From contig CAUYUJ010000028.1 of assembly GCA_963575745.1 (NCBI GenBank), forward strand, positions 62,001-119,415: a stretch of 57,415 nt of DNA, written 5' to 3'. Under the pieces are notes generated by a model that saw only the letters and a list, made by a program, of their open reading frames with translations, searched no databases and was not told where the DNA came from. Below, piece after piece: positions 24,120-35,899 of the stretch (positions within the stretch are counted from its first letter, which is position 1; every line of letters starts with the position of its first letter). The DNA is from Prorocentrum cordatum (Eukaryota). A program made the position numbers and the translations under genes.

Positions 24120-25070
24120 AGGGCAGCTCCTATGAGGCCACGAAGCGTGGGAAGGGTGTCCCGAAATGGGTGGCGGGGACGCATGCGGGCTGCGCCACTG
24201 GGACCTTCCACGGATCTCACCTGGGGCCACGAAACGTGTGCGTGGCGTGCTGGCATCAGTGGCGGGGTTCATGCGGGCTGCGAAGCTGGGACCTTCGGCG
24301 GAGCTCCAATGGGGGCCGCGAGACGTGTGAGGAGTGCGGAAATGCGTGGCGGGGACGCATGCAGGCTGCGCCATTGGGACACTAGGTTGAGCTCTCATGG
24401 GGTCACGACGCATGTGAGGGGTCTGCCGAATGAGTGGCGGGGACGCATGCGGGGTGCGCCACTGGGACATTAGGTTGAGCTCCTCTATGTGGCCACGAAG
24501 CGTTTGAGGGGTGTGCCGAAATGGGTGACGGGGACGTGTGCGGGCTGCGCAGCTGGGACACTCGGTGGAGCTCCTCTGGGGCCAGGAAGCGTGTGAGGGG
24601 TGTGCCGACATTGGTGGCGGGGACGCATGCGGGCTGCGCCACTGTGACCCTCGGCGGAGCTCCCTTGGGGCCACGAAGCGTGTGAAAGGGTGTGCCGAAA
24701 TGAGTAGCGGGAAAGCATGTGGGCTGCGCCACTGGGACCCTCGGTGGAACTCCACTGGGGCCACGACACGTGTGAGAGGTGTGCCGAAATGGGTGGCGGG
24801 GACGCATGCGGGCTGCGCCACTGGGACCCTCGGCGGAGCTCCCTTGGGGCCACGAAGCGTGTGAAAGGGTGTGCCGAAATGAGTAGCGGGAAAGCATGCG
24901 GGCTGCGCCACTGGGACCCTCGGTGGAGCTCCCTACAGGCCCTACAGGGCCACGAAACGTGTGAGAGGTGTGCCGACATTGAGTTGCGGGGGCGCATGCA
25001 GGCTGCGCCACGGGGACCATTCGTTGAGCTCCAATGGGGGCCACGAAGCGTGTGAGGGTTGTGCCAAAGT
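24120..25070. repeat. ~90-bp tandem satellite
   Basis: Unit ggggccacgaagcgtgtg...gggacgcatgcgggctgcgccactgggaccctcggtggagctcc (e.g. 24667, 24757). Confidence 0.92.
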
Positions 25071-25319
25071 GAGAGGGGTGACGGGAGGAGGGAGGGGGAG
25101 GAGGAGGAGGAGAGGACAAGGAGGAAGGAAGGAGCGTGGAGCGCTGTCTCTTCAAAACGAGGACCCAACACCACAGACTGGTTGGGGAAACTCTGTGACA
25201 GTATTCCTTGGTCAGACGTTCAGTATGTAGGCTCTTGATGATTAGTTGAGCCTGTATTGTGAAGGCCTCATCTGTGGAAACGGTGTTCCTCGCTGTGTCG
25301 GAGGGTCAACTATACATTT

Positions 25320-26080
25320 TCATGGAGAGGCCCTTGGTGTTGAGGCTCATTCTTATCACGGGTGTTTAGGCATCGTGCATACAAACATATTGGGCTTTGC
25401 TGGGTGCTCCAAGAGTGACCCAGGTAATGAGCAACTTCTCAAATGGTTGGTCAGGGCACGGTTTCTCAGACAAGTGATCACATCGTCCCGAAGGTGTTCT
25501 CGGTGAGCTACGGGAGAGACGAAAATTCTTGGTCTGCTGAAGCTGAGAACATGGTGACTACTTCGTGCAGTAAGACGAGTGTACGCGGTATCTCGGTGTT
25601 GTTTGCTTCTGGGGACTCGGGGGCAAATTTGAAGAATGAGAGTTTTGTTCAGGAGGCGCCGTCGTCCTCATTATATGTCACAACAGTCGGTGCGCTCGCT
25701 GGAACGCCAGGTTCTCGTTTGCCCAGGGCGGAAACAAACATATCTGAGAATAGAAGTGGTTTCAGCACTCGTTATGCAATGCTTGAATGGTAAGTATTTG
25801 TGGTTAAACCATGCCTTGGAAGCGACGTCGCTTTGCCTGACGTCTGCGAATTCGGTGTCAGTGCCTCAGGTCGAGCTTACCATGATGTATCTGTTCAGGG
25901 CTACTCTTTTTTTTTTGTGTCACCCCAACCTTTGTCAAAGGTGTCGACGGATGCGTAATACAAGGAACCAGTGCCGCTACTCCGACTGCGAGTGGTATTA
26001 CCAGCCTTGTACACGACCTCCGTGGAACACTTGGCAGGAAGCCCTTGAGATTTCTGAATCCGCTGAGCTGTACACACCAT
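25320..26080 (+). pseudogene. Decayed S53 (sedolisin / tripeptidyl-peptidase I-like) peptidase fragment
   Basis: PKVFSVSYG.DE, RGISVLFASGDSGA, PSSSLYVTTVG, GRAYHDVS, GTSAATP and KPLRFLNP occur in order across frameshifts and stops, with no introns. Confidence 0.85.
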
Positions 26081-28389
26081 GAAGTCTTTTGTGACACCAC
26101 TGCTGCAACACGCTGACGGGAGACCTCTCGGATCCAGCATGGCCTTGCACAAGTGCTCCCGCGGGCGTGGAGCTTCGCCCGGTACACAGACATAGCGGCG
26201 CGCGGGTCGACGCGACGGCACGACCTGCCGGGGCATAGGCCATGACTCTCAACGGTGCAGGGCCGTCCTCGAGCACACGAAGACCCGACCAGGCCTCCAT
26301 CTCAGGTTGATGGCAGGGGCCATCACTCCTTGGTATCTGTAGCAACTCCTCGAGTCTCACATTCTCGCTTAGGATGTAGACAATGACTTTCGACGATAAC
26401 AGCCTCTGTTGTTGTATAAGCTCGGTTGCGAGCTGCGTGGAAACACAAACTATCGTGCCGCCGGCGCGCCTCCATGCTGGCGCCCCAGCGCAGGGCACGC
26501 CCTGCCCCTGGTGCCGACGTGGGGGAGGAGCGCTGCGCCATCTCACGCCAGAGTGCCAGCGCCCGCGGCTGCGCAAGGCACGGCTGGCTGCGCGCCCGCG
26601 CGACCCTCTGCAGAATCGGCTATTCTGGCCCACCGGTCACGGCTCCAGGCAAGCAGCAGACGCCCGCACTCTCGAACGGGGGCGTTCAGATCGACCGGGC
26701 CTTCTGGGAGATCAGGCACAGGGAGGGGGACCCGTTCACCATCGATTTCTCCTCCTTCCTCCTCCAGGACACCGCGGCGTCATCCTGGGTGGCTGTGCTC
26801 CTGAGCGTCGTCATCTCGACGGCCATGGTTTTCAACCATTCCGATATTTGAACGATGAATGCATAGCCGGAGATCTTTAGGAGCTGTCCCGAAGTTCTTG
26901 GGGAATCTTGGAGGGGGTGGAAAGGGGGTCTGGAGGCGTTGAAGAAGTAATCGTGCAACCTCTCCGTTCTTCCACTGCTGCATTCTCCTCCCTGTGGGGT
27001 GAACATGTCGTTGGTCGACGTTTTGTCTACTCCGTCTGAGCCTCCTCCTGGGCGACTTCGTCGAGAGGAGCCCCCTCAGCAATCTGCCGCAACAGTCGAT
27101 GAGGTCTGGAAGGACGTAGGGAAGACGATATTGAAGGCTACTGTGCAAGGCGATGCCGAACTTAAGCCGTTGCAGATTACAGGTGCTGGAGAGGTGGACG
27201 AGCAGTCGGCGGTGTCGCTTAGACCTACTCCTCTTCTTTGACATTTTTCGTTCGGTGTTCGAGCTGATACTTAAGCCAAATGGGTGCGGACAGTTTCTGT
27301 CTGCAGGCGGCTGCAGGCGGAGGTGGCGTGGCCGCTTTGCGTCTCAAGCAAACCCTATCTTGGGTTCAAGCTGCGCCAACACAGTTGCATGCCTGAGGTG
27401 ATCCAGAAGGTGGCGTTGCAACCGCCCCCTGTGCAGAACTAGCCCCACGAGCTACCGCTTCGAGTGGAGGTCGGAAACCGTGACAAGCTTTAAGGCTGAA
27501 GCGCTCTGGAAACACTTGCGAGAAAATACACACGAAAAGCCGTGCAGACCCATTCGCTATCGTTTTGGGTTTGGCGGGGAGCCTTCGGCCATCGCGCTGG
27601 TGAGCTCCGCCGTGATGTTCACGGGAAGGCCCCCGGGAAAATTGCGCACCGGCGCTTGCGCAGGGGCCCAGCGGGGCCTGGGGTGGACTCGGCAGACGAC
27701 CCCTTCATCCACGGGGAGTGACTGGAGGGGAGTGGAGGAGGGGTGGATGGGGGGGGGTGGGGGGGGGGTTTGGACAGGGGAGTGGGGCCGTCTTGGAGGC
27801 CTTGGGGGCCCTCCTCGGGCCACTCCTGGGGGCCATCGATTAACGAAAGGGGCGGCGTTAATGACGCCCCCCCCCCCCCCCCCCCCCGGTCGGGGCCCAC
27901 AAAAAACCTCTCTTGCGGCCCTCTTGGGGCGCTCTCGGGGCGCTCTTGGGCGCTCTTGGGGCCGTCGTGGGGCCCTCTTGGGCCTCGCTTGGGGCTCTCT
28001 TGGGCCATCGTGGAGCCATCTTGAGGCCCCAGGAGCCCATCGGAAGCGAAAAGGCAAGACGGTACCACATGTTGATCCTATGACGGATATGGTCTGGCTT
28101 TTACCTCTCGGGGGCGTCATTCGGAGGTTCCTGGGCCATATGTGACCCTCTTGGGTCGGTCTTGTGGCCTCTTGGCGGCATGTTAGAGGGTATACGATCC
28201 AGAGTTGCCGCCCCCCAAAGCGTATGGGATCGAGCCCCCCCCTGGTGGATGGGCACGCCCAGGAGCCTCGCGAGGGCGTCGCGAATTGACTAGCTCCCCC
28301 CGCCCTCGCTCTGGTCGTGGCCCTGTGTGCGTGGCGTGGTTGCGGGTGCCGGTGCTCTGCCCCCTGCCTTTGTGGGTGCGGGGTCGTTT

Positions 28390-28461
<72 letters not shown>

Positions 28462-28673
28462 GCCGGCGCCTTCGTCGTCGTCGTCGTCGTCGTCCCACAC
28501 CCCATCTCGTCTTGGAAGGAGGGGGCCTGTGGAGCCCTGGGACCCATCCCATCCTGGGGGGGCTGTGAACCCTCGTCCCAGGATCACCCAGCGGATGTGG
28601 TGGGTGGGGGGGCGGGGCGCGACGGTAGTTGAGTTGGGGAGGGCGCGTGCGCGCGCGCGAGTCGCTCAGCCAG

Positions 28674-28740
28674 GTACCCGCAGCTATACGCGAAGGGCAA
28701 GCTCATAGGCGGCCTGGACATTGTCAAGGAGCTCGTCGAG
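28674..28740 (+). CDS. Monothiol glutaredoxin exon [23 protein letters not shown]
   Basis: TYPQLY and IGGLDI motifs; phase matches exon D (AC|G). The 3' boundary is 28740 or 28744; terminal exon not found. Confidence 0.92.
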
Positions 28741-28769
28741 GACGGCGCGCGCGTCCAGCCGCGAAGAGG

Positions 28770-29656
28770 ATGACGTCTTTGACGATGACCATGGTGACGA
28801 TTCCGTTTGTGATGATGACGGTGACGTGATGCTGCTGCTGCTGCTGCTTCTGCTATTGCTGATGATGTCTGATTGTGAAGGGTGTGAAGTGTGAATTCTG
28901 TGATGGAGATGATGTTGCTCAGGCTGGTGGTAGTGATGGTGTCCATGATGACGATGGCACACGTGGTGACGATGGTTGTGATCATGATGTAAACTCTTGA
29001 TGAGTATGGTGATGATGGTGATGATGAGCAGGCTGAAGAGGGTGATACGGTGAAGCGAGTGATGGAGGGAACGTGCGAATGGACATACACGCACGATGCT
29101 GTCAACGACAACGATCATGTTGGCGATGAGGAGTCTGATAGGGACTCCAGAAGTTCGCAATTATATATATGTATATATATATATGATTGTGGCGGTAATG
29201 ATGACCATGACCACCACCACCATCGAGGATGATGGTGATGGTGATTGCCATCATGCTGTTGATGATGCTTATGCTGCTGATGATGATACTGATGCTTATG
29301 CTGCTGCTGATGCTGCTTTTGCTGATGATGGTGGTGATGATGATGATGATCATGATGATGATGATGCTGCTGATGATGAACTGATGCTGATGATGATGAT
29401 GATGATGATGCAGATGCCTATGCTGATGCTTATGCTGATGCTGATGCTAATTTTGCTGATGATGGTGATTGTGATGATGATGACCGTGATGATGATGCTG
29501 CTGATGATGATGCTGATGCTTATGCTGATGCTGATGCTTATTTTGCTGATGATGGTGATGGTGAGGATGATGCTGCTGATGATGATGATGCTGCTGATGC
29601 TGATGATGATGAGGATGCTGATGATTCTGATGATGATGATGATGATGATGATGATC

Positions 29657-29704
<48 letters not shown>

Positions 29705-29835
29705 GGGATAATGATGATGACGACGATGATGATGCTGATGATGCTGTTGCTGATGATGATGTTGATGCTGCTGATGATGATGATGACGATGATGATGCTG
29801 CTGATGATGACGACGACGATGATGATGATGATGAC

Positions 29836-29905
<70 letters not shown>

Positions 29906-29930
29906 CTGCTGATGATGATGATGACGATGG
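28770..29930. repeat. Degenerate (GAT)n tract
   Basis: Directly visible. Confidence 0.9.
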
Positions 29931-30339
29931 GGATCGTCGTCGCCATCGTCGTAACTCTTCTGTCCGCGCCGCTTCCCTCCGTTCTCCCACCTGCCCTCCT
30001 CCTCCTCCTCCTCCTCCTCCTTCTCCTCCTGCCGCGACCCTGGCAGCCGTCCAACTCTGGGACAAGTGTCCACTGGTGTCAGGCGTGTGAGCACGTCCGA
30101 CTGCCCTCGCTCCCCTTTCGGGGCCAGCCAAAGAACCACGGAGCACTCTAGTTCAGCAAGTCCGCCGCCCTCCTGGACAAAGGGAGGCCAGGCCCTGAGT
30201 GCCCAGGCAGCCCAGAGCGAAATAATCAGGGCAGCGGACAGCGCGAAAGCGAAAAGACCGACCTGCCGGTGGAAAACGGTGAACAAGGGCAGGGAAAGAA
30301 AACATCAATCTGTCGCAACGGCGCCGGGGCTGGCCATCA

Positions 30340-32120
30340 GACCTGGCCCGGCACAGAAACGGAAAGAGCGCTTCAGAAACAGAAACCGAAATTACTCACA
30401 CCACCGTTCGTACCGGGAGCCTTGGCGTTGAGAGCTTGTTATGTCACCCCTCGCTCGTGGGAGCCTTGGTGTTCAGAGATTGTCGCGTTGCCGCCCGTTC
30501 CTGAGCCTTGGCTGGGCCTTGGTGTCAGGAACTTGTTACGTCACCGCTCTCTGCTGGGAGCCTTGGTGTTATCAGCTTGTTTATGTCACTGCAGCGCTCT
30601 TGGGAGCCTTGGTGTGAAGAGCTTTTTGCGTTACCGATCGCTCTCTATTTGGCGTCTCTGGGCCTTCTTGGGAGTTCTATTGGGGCCCTTTTGGAGCCCT
30701 TTTGGAGGCCTCTTGGGGACCTCTTGGGGACCTCTTGGGGGCCTCTTGGGGCTTCTTGGGGGGCTCTGGGGGCCTCCTGCGGGCTTCTTGGGGCGAAAGG
30801 CTAGACTGTTCGTTTCGTGGTCCCCCTCTTGGGGCCGTCTTGGGGCCCTCTTGGGCCGTCTTGGGCGCCTCTTGCGCCGTCTTGTGGCCCTCTTGGGCCG
30901 TTTGGGGGGCCTCTTGGGAGCTTGGGCCGTCTTGGGGCGGTCTTGGGGGCCTCATAGACCGTCGTCAACGCCGTGAAAGCCGAAAAGCTGTATATGCTAA
31001 ACATGTACGTTTTCCTTAGGAAAATACATGATTTTGGCTTCTTGGGGCCCTCTTAAGGCGCCCCTTGGGCGCCTCTTGGGGGCCTCTTGGGGGCCTCTTG
31101 GGCCGTCTTGGGCGGTCTTGGACTCTCTTGGAGCGCTCTTGGGCCGTCTTGTGGGGGAACCAGAAACACATGCAACAACCCTAGGGAAAACTGCCCAAAA
31201 CGGCCATTGGGGGCTTCGCCCAAAACACAACGTCATCACTCGTACCTCGCTCTTTCCGTTACCTGGGCCGGCACGGGAACGGAAACATCGGACCAGGAAC
31301 TTGCCCGAGAGGGCTCACGGCATCCTTCGCTCTTGGGAGCTTTGGTGGTAAGAGCTCGTTACGTCACCGCTCGCTCTTGGGAGCCTTGGTGTTCCGAGAC
31401 TGTTACGTTGCCGCTCGCTTCTGGGAGCCTTGGTGTTCAGAGTTGTTTACGTCACCGCGCTCTGTGGAGCCTTGGTGTTCAGAGCTTGTTGCGTCACCGC
31501 TCGCTATGGGGAACCATGGTGTTCCTTAGCGTCTCTGGGGTTTCTGAGGAACCTGTTTGGGGCCCTTTTGGACAGTTTTGGGACTCTCGGGCCGTCTTCG
31601 GGCCAGCCCAGTCCCTCCACCCAAGCAGCCCAGACCCCATACCGCCTCGTCGGGCCCGCTTGGTTGGGGCCCTTCTGGGGCTCTCTTGGGACCGTTTGGG
31701 GGCCTTTTGGGCCGTCTTGGGGCCCTCTTGGTCCGTCTGGGGGCCCTATTGGCCCGTTTTCGGCCCCTTTGGGGGGCCTCTGGGCCGTCTTGGGACGATC
31801 TTTGGGGCCTCTTGGGCCGTCTTGGGCCCGTCTGGGGGCTTTTTTGGACCGTTTTCGGTCCCTTTGGGGCGCCTCTGGGACGATCTCTGGGGCCTGTTGA
31901 GCCGTCTGGGGTCCTTCTGTGACTGAAAATGGGGGAACCCGAAAAACATGCAAAAAACCGCCGGGATATCAGTTTTTGGCCTCCTGAGGCACTCTCGAGG
32001 GCCCTCTTGAAGGCCTCTGGAGCCGTCTCGAGACTCTCTTGGACCGTCTGGAGGCCATCTGAAGCTCACTTGGGGCCGTCTTGGGGCCCTCTTGGGCCGT
32101 ATCGGGGCCCTCTGGCCGGT
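30340..32120. repeat. Composite repeat: ~40-bp gggagccttggtgttcagag units alternating with (gcc)tcttggg short-period blocks
   Basis: Two modules starting at ~30340 and ~31260. Related tcttggg blocks at 27900-28030, 34060-34730 and 56570-56870. Confidence 0.85.
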
Positions 32121-32189
32121 TCACCCGAAAAATTCGCTTGACGAGGGACCCAACCATATGTAGCTGCGAGTGCCGCATTGTGGGCACCG

Positions 32190-33500
32190 CTTTCGGTGGG
32201 GCTCCCTTTGGGGAACCGAAGCGTGCGAGGGGTGCGCCGAAATCGGTGGCGCGGACGCATGCGGACCCTGCCACTGGAGCTTTCGGTGGAGCTGCCTATG
32301 GGGCCACGAAGCGCTGTCCTGGGTGGCGGTGACGCATGCGGACGCTGCCACTGGAGCCTTCGGTGGAGCTCCCTATGGGGCTACGAAACGCTGTCCTGAG
32401 TGGCGGCGGCGCATGCGGACACTGCCACTGGAGCCATCTGTGGAGCTGCCTATGGGGCCACGAAGCGCTGTCCTGGGTGGCAGTGACGCATGCGGACACT
32501 GCCACTGGAGCCTTCGGTGTAGCTCCCTATGGTGCCATTAAGCGCTGTCCTGGGTGGCGGTGACGCATGCGGACACTGCCACTGGAGCCTTCGGTGGAGC
32601 TCCCTAAGGGGCCACGAAACGCTGTCCTGGGTGGCAGTGACGCATGCGGACACTGCCACTGGAGCCTTCGGTGGAGCTCCCTATGGGGCCATTAAGCGCT
32701 GTCCTGGGTGGCGGTGACGCATGCGGACGCAGCCACTGGAGCCTTCGGTGGAGCTCCCTACGGGGCCACGAGCCGTGTGAGGGGTGTGCCGTAATGGCTG
32801 GCGGCGACGCATGCGGACGCAGCCACTGGGGCCTTCGGTGAAGCTCCCTATGGGGTCACGAAACGTGTGTGGGGTGTGCCGTAATGGCTGGCGGCGACGC
32901 ATGCGGACTGTGCCACTGGGGCCTTCGGTGGAGCTCCCTATGGGGCCACGAACCGTGCCGTAATGGGTGGCGGTGACGCATGAGGACGCAACCATTGGGG
33001 CCTTCGGTGGAGCTCCCTATGGGGCCGCGAACCGTGTGAAGGGTGTGCCGAATTTGGTGGCGGTGACGCATGAGGACGCAGCCATTGGGGCCTTCGGTGG
33101 AGCTCCCTATGGGGCCGCGAACCGTGTGAAGGGTGTGCCGAATTTGGTGGCGGTGACGCATGAGGACGCAGCCATTGGGGTCTTCGGTGGAGCTCCCTAT
33201 GGGGCCACGAACCGTGTGAGGGGTGTGCCGTAATGGGTGGCGGTGACGCATGAGGACGCAGCCGCTAGGGCCTTCGGTGGGGCTCCCTATGGGGCCACGA
33301 ACCGTGTGAGGGGTGTCCCGTGATGGGTGGCGGTGACGCATGAGGACGCAGCCACTGGGGCGTTCGGTGGAGCTCCCTATGGGGCCACGAACCGTGTGAG
33401 GGGTGTGCCGAATTGGGTGGCGGTGACGCATGAGGACGCACCCACTGGGGCCTTCGGTGGAGCTCCCTATTGGGCCACGAACCGTGTGAGGGGTGTGCCG
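32190..33500. repeat. Tandem satellite, ~78-bp units shifting to 90-bp units; related to 24120-25070
   Basis: ggggccac/ggggccgc recurs at 33021, 33111, 33201, 33291, 33381. Confidence 0.92.
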
Positions 33501-33503
33501 AAC

Positions 33504-33830
<327 letters not shown>

Positions 33831-35899
33831 GGAGGGGGGCAGCGGGAGAACGCGGGGACCGTCTCTTCAAAACGAGGACCCAACAGCACAGGTGGGTTGG
33901 GAAATCTTATGAAACAGGCCACGGGAGCCGCCCGGGAGCCGCTTCACTCGAACAAATACGAGGGAAACGGGCCATTACAACCCCCTTCTGCACTCCCCCT
34001 GAGGAGGGCTTCGCCCCTGCAAAACGTCACTCGCTCGTACCTCGCTCTTTCCGTCACCTTTTGGGAAGCCTTTTGGAGCCCTCTTGGACCGTCTCGGACC
34101 CCTCTTGGGCCGTCTGGAGGCCATCTGAGGCCATCTTGGAACGCTCTTGGACGGTCTTGGAGTCTCTTAGAGCTCTCTTGCGCCCTCTTGGAGCCCTCTT
34201 GGGATCCTCTTGGGCCCCTCTTGGGCCGTCTTGGGCGCTTCTTGGGCCGTCTTGGGTGCCTCTTGGGCCGTCTCGGGGGGGGGGGGGGCTGGCCATTGGA
34301 TCTGGATCCGTCTCGAGACTCTCTTGGACCGTCTGGAGGCCATCTGAACCATCTGGGGGCCCTCTTGGGCCGTTTTCGGCCCCTTTGGGGGGCCTCTGGG
34401 GCCGTCTTGGGACGATCTTTGGGGCCTCTTGGGCCGTCTTGGGCCCGTCCGCGGGCTTTCTGGGACCGTTGTGGGCCCCTTTGGGTCGCCTCTGGGGCAG
34501 TCTTGGAACGATCTTTGGGGCCTCTTGGGCCGTCTGGGGCCCTTCCGGGACGGAAAAAGGGAGAATCCGAAAAACCTTCAAAAACATATGAGAAACCAGT
34601 GTTTTTGGCCTCCTGAGGCCCTCTCGGGGGCCCTGTTGAAGGCCTCTGGAGCCGTCTCGAGACTCTCTTGGACCGTCTAGCGGCCATTTGAAGCTCTCTT
34701 GGGGCCGTCTAGGGGCCCTCTTGGGGCCCTCTGGCTGGTTCACCAGAAACAATACGAAGAAATGGGCCATGGGAGCCGCCCGGGAGCCGCTTCACTCGAA
34801 CAAATACGAGGGAAACGGGCCATTACCACTCTGCACTCCCCCTAAGGAGGGCTTCGCCCCTGCTCAACGTCACTCGCTCGTACCTCGCTTTTTCCGTCAC
34901 CAGAGGAGGAGAAGGAGGAGGAGGAGGAGGAGGAGGAGGAGGAGGAGGAGGAGGCGGAGGAGCAGCAGGGAATGAAGGGGAGCGGGGCTAAGACGAGCCA
35001 AAATGTGCAGCTCACGGTGCCCCCTCATGGTGGGATGAGGGCGCCGCGGTTTGGAGGCGGCGCCACGTATTGGAGATGCATTCGCTGCGCCTTGCATCGT
35101 CCAAGCCGTCGCCGAGGCCCCAGGCGAGCGCCGCTATGGACTCGCTGGGCCGCCTTCGCAGGGATTCAGTTTAGGTGCGGGTATTTGCGGCGTTTTTACC
35201 CTTCGTGATGGCGAGCCAGAACGCCCTTTGTGTCTCTCATGGTCCTGGTGCCCGCCACTGTGCGAGGCGTCGGCGTGACGATAGCCACGTCAGCCCAAGC
35301 CTACTATCCCGCCACGTGATGTGGGGATGCTTGTTGCCCTCCATCTGTCTATCATGAGGCTCGATGTGGACCGGCAACGTGACCAACTCCCGTATCAGAG
35401 CCGCAAACTCGTCTCGCACCCCGTCTTCGTCGTCCTCCTCCTCCTCCTCCTTCTCCTCCTTATCCTCCTCCTCTCTTCATCTTCCTACTCTTCCGCTCTC
35501 CTCCCCCGCCCTCCTCCTCATCCATGGCCACGGACTGCTCAGGCCCGCCTTGCACGCGGCCTTTGCTCCCATGGCCCCGCGGGGAGGAAACGCAGTCCGC
35601 CGCGCTGCTGGCGGCAGCAGAGTTTCAGCGTGTGCGCGTGCATCTTCATCACCATCACCATGGTTATGCTCGGCGATGTTTGTTGGCTATATCCCATACG
35701 CATTGCCAAGAGCAAGGCGTACCGAGAGTATTGGAATGGAGTCTAGCAGAGCGTCGGCCGTCATTCTCCCTGAGACCAAGGTCAAGATGAGGTTACAACC
35801 AGCCGCACACGTAGGAGTTCACCCATGGGTTTCACTGGATACATTGGGGATGGGGACGTGGGTCGAACACCAATTCCTCGGCAGCGGTCTCGATCGCTA

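Noticed and set aside
32190..33500. CRISPR-like regular repeats (also 10882-11705 and 24120-25070)
   Set aside because: Whole units repeat with no unique spacers, no cas genes, eukaryotic context: these are satellites.
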